Shown here piece after piece: positions 1 to 9,922 of a DNA stretch of 31,302 nucleotides. The notes beneath the pieces were generated by a model. That model did no database searches. It worked only from the letters and a program-made list of their open reading frames with translations, and had not been told where the DNA came from. The position numbers and the translations under genes are program-made. Each line of letters opens with the position of its first letter. Position 1 is the stretch's first letter. The stretch covers positions 1 through 31,302 of the forward strand of contig JANOTL010000183.1 in assembly GCA_031416315.1 (NCBI GenBank), given 5' to 3'. Source of the stretch: Pseudomonadota bacterium (GTDB lineage Bacteria; Bdellovibrionota_B; Oligoflexia; Oligoflexales; CAIYRB01).

Positions 1-1
1 A

Positions 2-54
2 CCCTCACCCCGCCGCGCTTCGCGCGAGTCGCCCTCTCCCCCAAGGGGAGGGGG
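2..54. repeat. boxC/CIR-like intergenic palindromic repeat (possibly cut by window edge)
   Basis: CCCTCACCCC (2-11), hairpin CGCGC-TTC-GCGCG (14-26), then CCCTCTCCCC-CAA-GGGGAGGGGG (32-54); matches the CCCTCACCC..CCCTCTCCC..GGGAGAGGG architecture of known intergenic repeats. Confidence 0.6.
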
Positions 55-70
55 TAGTAAGTTACGCCGC

Positions 71-1495
<1,425 letters not shown>

Positions 1496-1510
1496 TTAGG
1501 GATCCCGACT

Positions 1511-2386
1511 TTAGACAGCCTGGGCGCCGGACGTAATTTCGATGAGTTCTTTGGTGATCGCTGCTTGGCGTGCGCGGTTGTACTGGATCTGTTTCGCCCT
1601 GAGCACTTCCTTGGCGTTGTTGGTCGCCGAGTCCATGGCCGTCATGCGCGCACCGTGCTCCGAGGCCGCGCCTTCGAGCATCGTGCGGAAGAGGTTACTC
1701 GCGATCGAGCGACGCAGAAGCCCGGGCAACATGTCCTTGAGCGCGGGCTCCGTGATCAAGAGACTGGCGGCGCTGGCTTCTTTCGGATCGACGCCCTTCG
1801 GCTTCGGGATGGGCAAAAGTTGCTTCACCCTGGGCGTCTGCGACATCGCCGAGCGGAACTCGACGTACGAGATGTAGATCCTGTCGTACTCGCCGGCCTC
1901 GTATTTTTCGGCAATTTCCGCGGCGAGCGCCTGGGCCTGCGTGTACGAGGGTTTGTCGAGGATCTTTTCCCGAATCCCGACCTGCTTGTAGTTCGGGAAC
2001 TTGGTGATGAAGAGGCGCGAACGCTTGCCCCAGGGCGCCACGTCGACCTTTTTGCCTTCCTTGCGCTTCGCTTCGATGAAGGGAAGGGTTGCCTTGAACA
2101 AGTTGGAGTTCAAGCCGCCGCAAAAACCCCGGTCGGTCGCGAGAAGGATCACGAGGACATTTTGCTCGGGTCGCTCGGTGACGAGCGGCGAGTCGAGCTC
2201 GTCGCCGGCGGCGGCGACGAGGCGGGACACCATGGCGTCGAACGCCGTGCCGTACGGACGTGCCGCGACGACGGCCTGGTTGGCGCGCGCGAACTTCGCG
2301 GCGGCGACCAGCTTCATGGCGCGCGTGATCTTCTGCGTGTTCTTCACGCTTTGGATCCGGCGCCGAATGTCCTTCAGACTAGGCAT
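1511..2386 (-). CDS. atpG: F1Fo ATP synthase subunit gamma
   Basis: [54 protein letters not shown]. Start ATG at 2386 overlaps atpA stop (TAATG), shorter than the ORF track. Confidence 0.98.
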   Translation of the reverse strand: MPSLKDIRRRIQSVKNTQKITRAMKLVAAAKFARANQAVVAARPYGTAFDAMVSRLVAAAGDELDSPLVTERPEQNVLVILLATDRGFCGGLNSNLFKATLPFIEAKRKEGKKVDVAPWGKRSRLFITKFPNYKQVGIREKILDKPSYTQAQALAAEIAEKYEAGEYDRIYISYVEFRSAMSQTPRVKQLLPIPKPKGVDPKEASAASLLITEPALKDMLPGLLRRSIASNLFRTMLEGAASEHGARMTAMDSATNNAKEVLRAKQIQYNRARQAAITKELIEITSGAQAV

Positions 2387-3897
2387 TACTTGAAGCCTTT
2401 TTCGAATTCGTCCGCGGCCTTCGAGAAGTCGGCGTCGACCTCTTTGAGCTCGGCCCGCGCCGCGACTTTGTCGAGCACGGCCTGGTATTTGGCGCGCAGG
2501 TGGTCGTGGAAGCCCTTCTCCCAATCACGGAGACGGTTGAGCTCGTGCTTGTCGAGGTAGCCCTTGCCGGCGGCCCACATGGAGGCGACCTGGAGGCCGA
2601 TGTGCATGGGCTCGTACTGGTCTTGCTTCAGGAGCTCGACCAAGCGTTGTCCACGACGCAGAGTCTTCTGGGTCGAAGCGTCGAGGTCGGAGCCGAACTG
2701 GGCGAAGGCTGCGAGCTCACGGTACTGCGCGAGCTCGAGGCGAAGGGAGCCGGCGACCTTCCGCATGGCGGGGACCTGAGCAGCGCTACCGACTCGGGAA
2801 ACGGAGAGACCGGCGTTGATGGCCGGACGCACGCCCGAGAAGAACAGGTCCGACTCTAGGAAGATCTGGCCGTCGGTGATGGAGATCACGTTCGTCGGAA
2901 TGTAGGCCGAGATGTCGCCGGCCAAGGTTTCGATGATCGGGAATGCCGTGATCGAGCCGGCGCCTTTGGCATCGTTCACTTTGCAGGAACGCTCGAGGAG
3001 GCGGCTGTGGAGATAGAAGACGTCGCCCGGGTAGGCTTCGCGGCCTGGAGGGCGGCGGAGGAGGAGCGAGAGCTCACGGTAGGCCGCGGCTTGCTTCGAG
3101 AGGTCGTCGTAGAAGATGACGACGTGTTTGCCCTTGTTCATGAAGTACTCGGCCATCGTGCAGCCCGAGTAGGGGGCGATGAACTGCATCGGGGCGGGGT
3201 CGAGCGCGGTCGCGGCGACAATGATCGTGTAGTCCATGGCGCCGAAACGCTTGAGCTTTTCGGAAACCTGGGCAACCGTCGAGGCCTTCTGACCGATGGC
3301 GACGTAGACGCAGATGACGTCTTTGCCCTTCTGGTTGATGATCGTGTCGATCGCGAGCGCCGTCTTGCCCGTCTGACGGTCGCCGATGATCAGCTCACGC
3401 TGGCCCCGGCCGATCGGCGTCATGGCGTCGATGGCTTTGATGCCCGTTTGAAGAGGCTCGTGCACCGACTTGCGCTCGATGATGCCGGGGGCTTTCACCT
3501 CGACAACGCTGCGTTGGGTCGTCTTGAGCGGACCTTGACCGTCGATCGGGATGCCGAGGCCATCGACCACGCGTCCGAGGAGGGCTTCGCCGACCGGGAC
3601 GGAGTTGATCTGCTTCAGGCGCTTGACGGTCTCGCCTTCGGCGATGCCACTGGTCTGGCCGAAGATGGCGACGCCGACGTTGTCTTCTTCCAGGTTCAAG
3701 ACGACGCCGCGAGTCTTGTTCGCGAACTCCACGAGCTCGCCTGCCATCGCACCTTCGAGGCCGTAAACGCGCGCGATGCCGTCACCGACGGTCAGCACGG
3801 TGCCGGTCTCTTGGAGCTCGGCGGCGTTGCCGAAGCCTTTGAGTTTTTCGCTGATGATGCGGCTGACTTCTTCGACTCGGATCTTTTCAGTGCTCAT
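2386..3897 (-). CDS. atpA: F1Fo ATP synthase subunit alpha
   Basis: GDRQTGKT P-loop, [33 protein letters not shown]. Confidence 0.99.
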   Translation of the reverse strand: MSTEKIRVEEVSRIISEKLKGFGNAAELQETGTVLTVGDGIARVYGLEGAMAGELVEFANKTRGVVLNLEEDNVGVAIFGQTSGIAEGETVKRLKQINSVPVGEALLGRVVDGLGIPIDGQGPLKTTQRSVVEVKAPGIIERKSVHEPLQTGIKAIDAMTPIGRGQRELIIGDRQTGKTALAIDTIINQKGKDVICVYVAIGQKASTVAQVSEKLKRFGAMDYTIIVAATALDPAPMQFIAPYSGCTMAEYFMNKGKHVVIFYDDLSKQAAAYRELSLLLRRPPGREAYPGDVFYLHSRLLERSCKVNDAKGAGSITAFPIIETLAGDISAYIPTNVISITDGQIFLESDLFFSGVRPAINAGLSVSRVGSAAQVPAMRKVAGSLRLELAQYRELAAFAQFGSDLDASTQKTLRRGQRLVELLKQDQYEPMHIGLQVASMWAAGKGYLDKHELNRLRDWEKGFHDHLRAKYQAVLDKVAARAELKEVDADFSKAADEFEKGFK

Positions 3898-3913
3898 ACA
3901 GGCTCACAGCTCC

Positions 3914-4456
3914 TCAAACGTTTCCGTGAACGGCGCTGACCGACAGAGCGTCGAGGCGCGTCTTCAAACTCAGGTCGACCAGATTGTTTCCGACGCGCAC
4001 GACGAAACCGCCGAGCAGGTCCGGGTCGACTCTGGGCGTGAGCTCGACTTTCTTTTTCAGCAAACCGGAAAGGGCTCCGGCAATCGCTTCGGTGGTTTGC
4101 GCCTCGACCGGTACCGCTGTCGAGAGGTCCGCCTTGACGCGGCCCTCGGCGTCGTCGACGAGGGCTTCGAGGGCGACGATGACGCTCGGGATCTCGGCGA
4201 TGCGGCCGCCGGCGATCAGGGTCGTGAGGAAGGTGCGCAACGTAGAGGTCGCCTTGCCCAGGTCGAGGGCGTAATTCAACAACTCTTGTTTCAGCGCAGA
4301 CGGCATGACCGGGCTCTTCAAGAGTTTCGCCGCGGCCGGATGCTCGAAGAGCTGACCGACGACCGACAAGGCTTCGAGCTCGGCGCGGGCGACCTTCGGA
4401 TCGTTGCCCATCTGGCCGTAGTAGGCTCTTGCGTAACGTGTGGCTACTCTGCCCAT
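3914..4456 (-). CDS. atpH: F1Fo ATP synthase subunit delta
   Basis: VATRYARA N-terminus, VDPDLLGGFVVRVGNNLVDLSLKTRL C-terminal motif, position between atpF and atpA. Confidence 0.95.
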   Translation of the reverse strand: MGRVATRYARAYYGQMGNDPKVARAELEALSVVGQLFEHPAAAKLLKSPVMPSALKQELLNYALDLGKATSTLRTFLTTLIAGGRIAEIPSVIVALEALVDDAEGRVKADLSTAVPVEAQTTEAIAGALSGLLKKKVELTPRVDPDLLGGFVVRVGNNLVDLSLKTRLDALSVSAVHGNV

Positions 4457-4475
4457 CGTCTCTCCCGGTTCCGCT

Positions 4476-4976
4476 TCAGGCTCTGGTATCGATCTTGGTT
4501 AGGTCGGCGACGCGGCGTTTGATCAGGTCCTGATGGCTGGCCGCGGAGAGCTCGGTCTTGATCTTCGCGACGACGGCGCCACGGACTTGCTGCAAGATCT
4601 CGTCGCGGAGCGCGCCGCGCGCGTTTTCGACTTCGGCTTCGGCGATGCGTTTCGCTTCGAGCTTCAGGTGCTCGGCCAAGCGCTCAGCGTCGGCGACGAT
4701 CTTCGCGGCGTCGGTATCGGCCGAGGATTTCGCGAGTTCTTTGATTTCTTTCAACTCGGAGTCGAGGCGCTCGTAGCGTTTCGTCAGCTCGGCAAGTCGC
4801 GCTTGCGCTTCGTCGTTGGCGCGTTTCGCTTCGTTCACCAGGCGGTCGTAGTCGTTCTTTTTCTTTGCGGCCGCTTCGCGCGCAGGCTTACGGAAGAAGT
4901 AGATCGCGAGGCCGAGGAAAATGAAGAAGTTCGCGTACGGGAGGATCACTCCCATCAGCATGTCGACGTTGTGCAC
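4476..4976 (-). CDS. atpF: F1Fo ATP synthase subunit b
   Basis: N-terminal TM (ANFFIFLGLAIYFFRKP) followed by a long Ala/Glu/Lys coiled coil; GTG start. Confidence 0.92.
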   Translation of the reverse strand: MHNVDMLMGVILPYANFFIFLGLAIYFFRKPAREAAAKKKNDYDRLVNEAKRANDEAQARLAELTKRYERLDSELKEIKELAKSSADTDAAKIVADAERLAEHLKLEAKRIAEAEVENARGALRDEILQQVRGAVVAKIKTELSAASHQDLIKRRVADLTKIDTRA

Positions 4977-4988
4977 GTTTCTAAACCT

Positions 4989-5420
4989 TCACTTCAGCGC
5001 GAGTTGGTAGACTTCTTGAGTCAGAGCTTGGACGACGGCTGGGATCTTCGCGCGCTCGACGGCGAAGACGCGCTGGACGTCTTTTTCGACCGCGGCGACC
5101 GCTGTCTTGGCTTCGGCTTCGGCGGCGCCGACGATCGTCTGGCGACGCGTGATCGCTTGCGCGCGGATCGTCTCTTTGTCTTTTTTCGCCGCGTCGGCGG
5201 CATTGCTCAGCGCGGCGGCGATTTTCGTCGTCAAGACTTCGGCCTCGGTGATCGCTTTGGTCGCGTCGCCCTTGCTGCCGATCGTCAGCCGCTCGCGACG
5301 GTCGCGGACGGTCAAGTAAGGCTCGACGAAGAGCTTCTTGATGATGAAGAAGTTGGCCGCGAAAACGGCGCCTTGAACAAGCAGGACTTGCGGAACGGGT
5401 ACAAGATTCAACGTCGACAT
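4989..5420 (-). CDS. F1Fo ATP synthase subunit b' (second peripheral-stalk subunit)
   Basis: TM then KKLFVEPYLTVRDRRE and coiled coil; ATG at 5420 preceded by AGGTG; tandem with atpF. Confidence 0.88.
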   Translation of the reverse strand: MSTLNLVPVPQVLLVQGAVFAANFFIIKKLFVEPYLTVRDRRERLTIGSKGDATKAITEAEVLTTKIAAALSNAADAAKKDKETIRAQAITRRQTIVGAAEAEAKTAVAAVEKDVQRVFAVERAKIPAVVQALTQEVYQLALK

Positions 5421-5565
5421 ACAGCACCTGCGAGCAATACGCGTGGGATCGATACGAGTCAGTAGCGGCAAAAGCTAATAACGCGGAATCTGGAGGAATG
5501 ACAAGCCGCTTTCGGGCGCGAGGCCTGAGTTCCGTGCCTTGTGGAACAAGGGTAGCAGATTACGG

Positions 5566-6534
5566 CTAGAACTTATGGCCCATGAGCTTGAGAATGCGTT
5601 CCAGCTCGGCTGCGGAGAAGTAGGAGATCTCGATCTTTCCGCGGCTGGTATTGCCGGCAATGCGCACTTTCGTGTGCAGATAGCTGCGCAGGCTTTCGCC
5701 GACGTAGTTCAAATCGGCGTCGTTCTGGAGGCCCTGACCCGGCTTGTCTCCGGCTTTCGTCGCGCCGGAACGGAAGGTCTTGCAGAGCTGCTCGGTCTGG
5801 CGAACGCTGAGCTGCTTGCGCAGGACGACATCACGGGCGCGCAGCATCAACTTCTTTTCTTCTAGGGAAAGAAGCGATCGACCGTGGCCCATCGTCAAGC
5901 GGCCCTCGACGACGTCGTCTTGGATTTCGCGCGGTAGGTTCAGAAGACGCAAGGAGTTCGTGACGGTCGAACGCTCCTTCCCGACTTTGTCGGCGCACTG
6001 CTCTTGCGTCAGGCCGTAGTCGCGAATGAGAGCGGCGTAGGCTTCGGCCTCTTCGATGACGTTGAGGTCTTCGCGTTGGATGTTCTCGATCAAGGCGAGA
6101 CGGAGCATGTCTTCGCTCGCGCCTTCCTTGACGATGGCAGGGATGGAGTCGAAGCCTGCCATCTTGGAAGCACGCCAGCGGCGTTCGCCGGCGACGATCA
6201 TGTACTTGCCGGGGGTCTCAGTGCGCGACACGACGATCGGCTGGAGGAGGCCGTCTTGCTTGAGGCTAGCCGCGAGCTCCTTGAGGGCACCCTCTTCGAA
6301 GACCTTGCGCGGCTGGTTGGGATTCGATTCGATGGCCGACATCGGCAGCCGCACGACCTCGGCTTCCAGCTGCCGACGCTCGGCGGCCGGAGTCGGTGGT
6401 TCGGGCGGCTGCGAGGCCTTGCCTCGACGCGCGGTCTCGATCGCCTCAGGTTGGTCGGCGTCGACGTTTCCTAGCAGAGAAGAGATCCCCTTCCCGAGCG
6501 CCCCTCGACGAGGCGGCGTTTTGTCGCGTTCCAC
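5566..6534 (-). CDS. parB: ParB/Spo0J chromosome partition CTPase
   Basis: LGKGISSLL N-terminal peptide, NPNQPRK, GLLQPI, GERRWRA arginine patch, ENIQREDL, HTH KERSTVTNSLRL. Confidence 0.98.
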   Translation of the reverse strand: MERDKTPPRRGALGKGISSLLGNVDADQPEAIETARRGKASQPPEPPTPAAERRQLEAEVVRLPMSAIESNPNQPRKVFEEGALKELAASLKQDGLLQPIVVSRTETPGKYMIVAGERRWRASKMAGFDSIPAIVKEGASEDMLRLALIENIQREDLNVIEEAEAYAALIRDYGLTQEQCADKVGKERSTVTNSLRLLNLPREIQDDVVEGRLTMGHGRSLLSLEEKKLMLRARDVVLRKQLSVRQTEQLCKTFRSGATKAGDKPGQGLQNDADLNYVGESLRSYLHTKVRIAGNTSRGKIEISYFSAAELERILKLMGHKF

Positions 6535-6549
6535 GGCCGAGTCTCCTCT

Positions 6550-7389
<840 letters not shown>

Positions 7390-7446
7390 GAACTAACTCC
7401 GCTGTGTCTCGTGAGCCACGATTCGGGTTGAGTGGAAAGAGGCCGG

Positions 7447-7475
7447 AATATAACAGCGCCCCCACCCCACGCCAA
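7447..7475 (-). promoter_or_regulatory. Predicted sigma70 promoter of parAB
   Basis: Minus strand TTGGCG (7475-7470), 17 nt, TATATT (7452-7447) with extended -10 TGn. Confidence 0.6.
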
Positions 7476-7479
7476 GCGA

Positions 7480-7495
7480 TGTTCCACGTGAAACA
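7480..7495. promoter_or_regulatory. parS centromere site 1
   Basis: TGTTCCACGTGAAACA, match to the universal parS palindrome. Confidence 0.95.
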
Positions 7496-7529
7496 TTCTT
7501 CGCGCCGTCTTTTGGCGAACGGATGCTGA

Positions 7530-7545
7530 TGTTCCACGTGGAACA
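7530..7545. promoter_or_regulatory. parS centromere site 2
   Basis: TGTTCCACGTGGAACA, perfect palindrome. Confidence 0.95.
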
Positions 7546-7573
7546 TTCCGAAACGACCGCCGTCCCGCTCGAA

Positions 7574-7589
7574 TGTTTCACGTGGAACA
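7574..7589. promoter_or_regulatory. parS centromere site 3
   Basis: TGTTTCACGTGGAACA. Confidence 0.95.
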
Positions 7590-7822
7590 ATCCCTTCCTC
7601 AAGCGGCAGCCCTTCCCCACCCTCTCTGACCACAAACGACCGCGAATCGACTCCGAGCATACGTATTCGAACGATTCGCGCTCATTTCGCTTCCTCGGAG
7701 GCCATAGTTGTCGAAATCGACGCAAGATACTCACGTCCGGCCGACTTTGCCGCCTTTCGACCATAAATTGGCAAAATGCGCCGCCACTTGTGGAATACGC
7801 CGTCGAAACAGTAACTTGTCCG

Positions 7823-7838
7823 TGTTCCACGTGGAACA
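7823..7838. promoter_or_regulatory. parS centromere site 4
   Basis: TGTTCCACGTGGAACA, perfect palindrome extended by flanking G/C. Confidence 0.95.
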
Positions 7839-7885
7839 CCGCGGGAAAATCCGACAAGTCTTCGATTTATTTGAGAAAACCGGGC

Positions 7886-7916
7886 AAAGAAAAAGGCGCC
7901 CCCGTTAGGGAGCGCC
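7886..7916 (-). terminator. Intrinsic terminator after atpE
   Basis: Minus strand GGCGCTCCC-TAAC-GGGGGCGCC-TTTTTCTTT, 31 nt past the atpE stop. Confidence 0.85.
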
Positions 7917-7947
7917 GTTCTCGGCGGATTGCCAAGGAGCCATCAGC

Positions 7948-8268
7948 TCACTTGGTGGTCCAAAGGATCGCGATCACGAATCCGAGGAGTGCCTGGAATT
8001 CCATGAACACAAGACCAAGAATGAACGGCGTAAAGAGTCCGTCTTTCGCTGCCGGGTTGCGGGCAATGCCCTCAACCATCGCACTCGTGGTCTTGCCCTG
8101 GGCGGAAGCAGCGCCGAACGCCGCCAAGCCGATTGCCAACGCTGCGCCGATCGCAGCCAGACCGTTCTGAGTGGCGCCACTTTGGGCCGCAGCGTCTTGA
8201 GCGAAAGCCACGGAACTCAACAGACCAAAACTCAGGGCCGCTACTGCTCTGACAACAAAACCTTTCAT
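7948..8268 (-). CDS. atpE: F1Fo ATP synthase subunit c, with N-terminal signal-peptide-like extension
   Basis: Small-residue-rich helix, ARNP loop, ion-binding Glu in LVFMEFQA; leader MKGFVVRAVAALSFGLLSSVAFA; SD GGAG. Confidence 0.96.
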   Translation of the reverse strand: MKGFVVRAVAALSFGLLSSVAFAQDAAAQSGATQNGLAAIGAALAIGLAAFGAASAQGKTTSAMVEGIARNPAAKDGLFTPFILGLVFMEFQALLGFVIAILWTTK

Positions 8269-8315
8269 CGAGTCTTACTCCACTCAAAAAAGCCTGGAAA
8301 ACGAAACGCTGGACA

Positions 8316-9095
8316 TCAGTGATCGTGCGAGATCGCCAAAGAAATGTAGATGCCGGTCAAGAGCGTGAACACGAAACTCTGGACGACGGCGACCAGAAGG
8401 CCGAGGAACATCAACAATGCCGGAAGAACGATGTAGGAAAGGCTCGTAAACACGCCCAAGAGAGTGTGGTCGCCGAAGATGTTTCCGGCGAGGCGAAGTC
8501 CGAGAGACAGGGGGCGAGAGCCATGGGACACCATTTCAATTGCAAAATAGAGGGGCGCGATGGCGGCGACGGGCCCGAGGAAATGCTTGAAGTAACCGAC
8601 CGCGCCCTGCTCTTTGAAGCCAGCGATGTTGTAGACCAGAAATACGAAAATGCCCATGGCGACGTTCGTATCCATGCTCTCGGTCGGCGGCGGGAAGCCG
8701 GGGACGAGCCCCGAGAGGTTGCACGTCAGAATGAAGATGAAGAGGGCCGAGAGAAACGGGAAAAACTTGCGGAACCCGTGCCCGCAGTTGTCCTTCGCGA
8801 TGCCGTGGACGAAGTCCAGGATGCTCTCGATGACGAAACGCATCGAAAAGTCGCCCGAGGGCCTGACCTCGGCGGCTGATGCCGCCACCGCCGCCTTGTA
8901 CCGCAAACCAATCACAATGATGACGAGCGTGCAAAAAAGCGCGCCCACCGTCGGAACCCACTGATGGTTCGCGTGAAACGCGTCCAAAACCATCTCGTAA
9001 TACGAGATGGTCTGCGGAATGCCGCCCGCCGCGAAGGCCGTGGGCGCAAACAGAAAAGACAGAAGTGGAACGACCGCAGGAGCGAGATTCTTCAC
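8316..9095 (-). CDS. atpB: F1Fo ATP synthase subunit a
   Basis: NLSGLVPG, SRPLSLGLRLAGNIFGDH (essential Arg), VQSFVFTLLTGIY; likely GTG start at 9095 with GAGG 9 nt upstream. Confidence 0.96.
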   Translation of the reverse strand: MKNLAPAVVPLLSFLFAPTAFAAGGIPQTISYYEMVLDAFHANHQWVPTVGALFCTLVIIVIGLRYKAAVAASAAEVRPSGDFSMRFVIESILDFVHGIAKDNCGHGFRKFFPFLSALFIFILTCNLSGLVPGFPPPTESMDTNVAMGIFVFLVYNIAGFKEQGAVGYFKHFLGPVAAIAPLYFAIEMVSHGSRPLSLGLRLAGNIFGDHTLLGVFTSLSYIVLPALLMFLGLLVAVVQSFVFTLLTGIYISLAISHDH

Positions 9096-9149
9096 AGCCA
9101 CGAACCTCAAAAGGAGAGGCGACCACAAAAACAAACAGGGGCCCTGTAC

Positions 9150-9476
9150 TTATCGCAGCTTGTCCGAAGAAAATAGGAAAAATTGCCAGTTGGATTCTGC
9201 TAGGCGACCACCGGAACGCCACGCCCGCCAAGCGATAGCCGCCAGGACTAGCGCCGCGCCCGCCGCGAGGGCCACGCCGCTCAGATCAAACGCGCCGACG
9301 GCGAGCCAAACGACGCCACCGAGCACGAAGAGCCGGAGACAGAAGAAGGCGACGACCACCCCGGAAGCCCGCCGTCCGAAGAAGCTCTGCGCCATCCGCT
9401 TGAGGACGACGACGTCACAGGCGAAGAAAAGAGCGCCAAGGCAGAAGGAAAAGACGTCCGACCAGGCGATCATCAC
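9150..9476 (-). CDS. atpI: ATP synthase accessory membrane protein (AtpI-like)
   Basis: Small multi-TM hydrophobic protein directly upstream of atpB; assigned mainly by position and hydropathy. Confidence 0.6.
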   Translation of the reverse strand: MMIAWSDVFSFCLGALFFACDVVVLKRMAQSFFGRRASGVVVAFFCLRLFVLGGVVWLAVGAFDLSGVALAAGAALVLAAIAWRAWRSGGRLAESNWQFFLFSSDKLR

Positions 9477-9733
9477 TTCTCTACCTTATGATCCGAAGGC
9501 GTCGTGCCCCCGCCGGTGCGCAGTTTTTCCTGTCTGATGGCGTGCCGGACGACGACGTAGAAGGTTTGCGCGGTCGCGAGGATCCCGACCGAGAACGTCA
9601 CGACGTACCAATTGAACGAACGCGCGTGATTCACGTTCAGCCAATTCCCTGCGTACCAAGCGAACAGCAGGAGCATCACCGCCTGCACTTGGGCGGCGAT
9701 GAGATAGGTAAAAGCTTTGGCGAAGCTGTTCAA
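9473..9733 (-). CDS. AtpZ/AtpI-family (ATP synthase 'gene 1') two-TM protein
   Basis: AGNWLN...W pattern between two TMs; TTG start at 9733 with GGAG 8 nt upstream; ATGA overlap with next gene. Confidence 0.65.
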   Translation of the reverse strand: MNSFAKAFTYLIAAQVQAVMLLLFAWYAGNWLNVNHARSFNWYVVTFSVGILATAQTFYVVVRHAIRQEKLRTGGGTTPSDHKVEK

Positions 9734-9750
9734 AAACACTGCTCCGATGC

Positions 9751-9797
9751 TGTGGACAAATTTTCCACAAGAAGCGCGCGGACTTCCATTAACCACA
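9751..9797. promoter_or_regulatory. DnaA boxes upstream of dnaA
   Basis: TGTGGACAA (9751-9759) and TTTTCCACA (9761-9769) as an inverted pair; TTAACCACA (9789-9797). Confidence 0.8.
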
Positions 9798-9825
9798 TGA
9801 TATCGCAGGGGAAAGCAGCGGACAA
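9797..9825 (-). promoter_or_regulatory. Predicted sigma70 promoter of the atpZ/I-atpB-atpE unit
   Basis: Minus strand TTGTCC (9825-9820), 17 nt, TATCAT (9802-9797). Confidence 0.6.
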
Positions 9826-9830
9826 AAGGC

Positions 9831-9860
9831 TTGCCGCCGCGTCGAATCGCATGCTACCTT
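9831..9860 (+). promoter_or_regulatory. Predicted sigma70 promoter of dnaA
   Basis: TTGCCG (9831-9836), 18 nt, TACCTT (9855-9860) with extended -10 TGn. Confidence 0.5.
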
Positions 9861-9922
9861 CGGCGACTGTTTTCACCAATAGAATTCCGAAATTCACAGT
9901 TGCCTGACGCACGAAGTTGCCT

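Noticed and set aside
5470..5548. Internal promoter for atpF' (TTGTCA -35) and TGTGGAACA half-site
   Set aside because: No good -10 at 16-18 nt spacing; the 9-mer is a lone imperfect match to parS or a DnaA box
7480..7589. Three palindromic repeats with 28-34 nt spacers resembling a mini CRISPR array
   Set aside because: 16-bp units match parS, sit beside parAB, spacing is uneven and no cas genes are present
7393..7857. ORFs with repeated FHVEH / CSTWN peptides
   Set aside because: These are translations of the parS palindromes, not protein repeats
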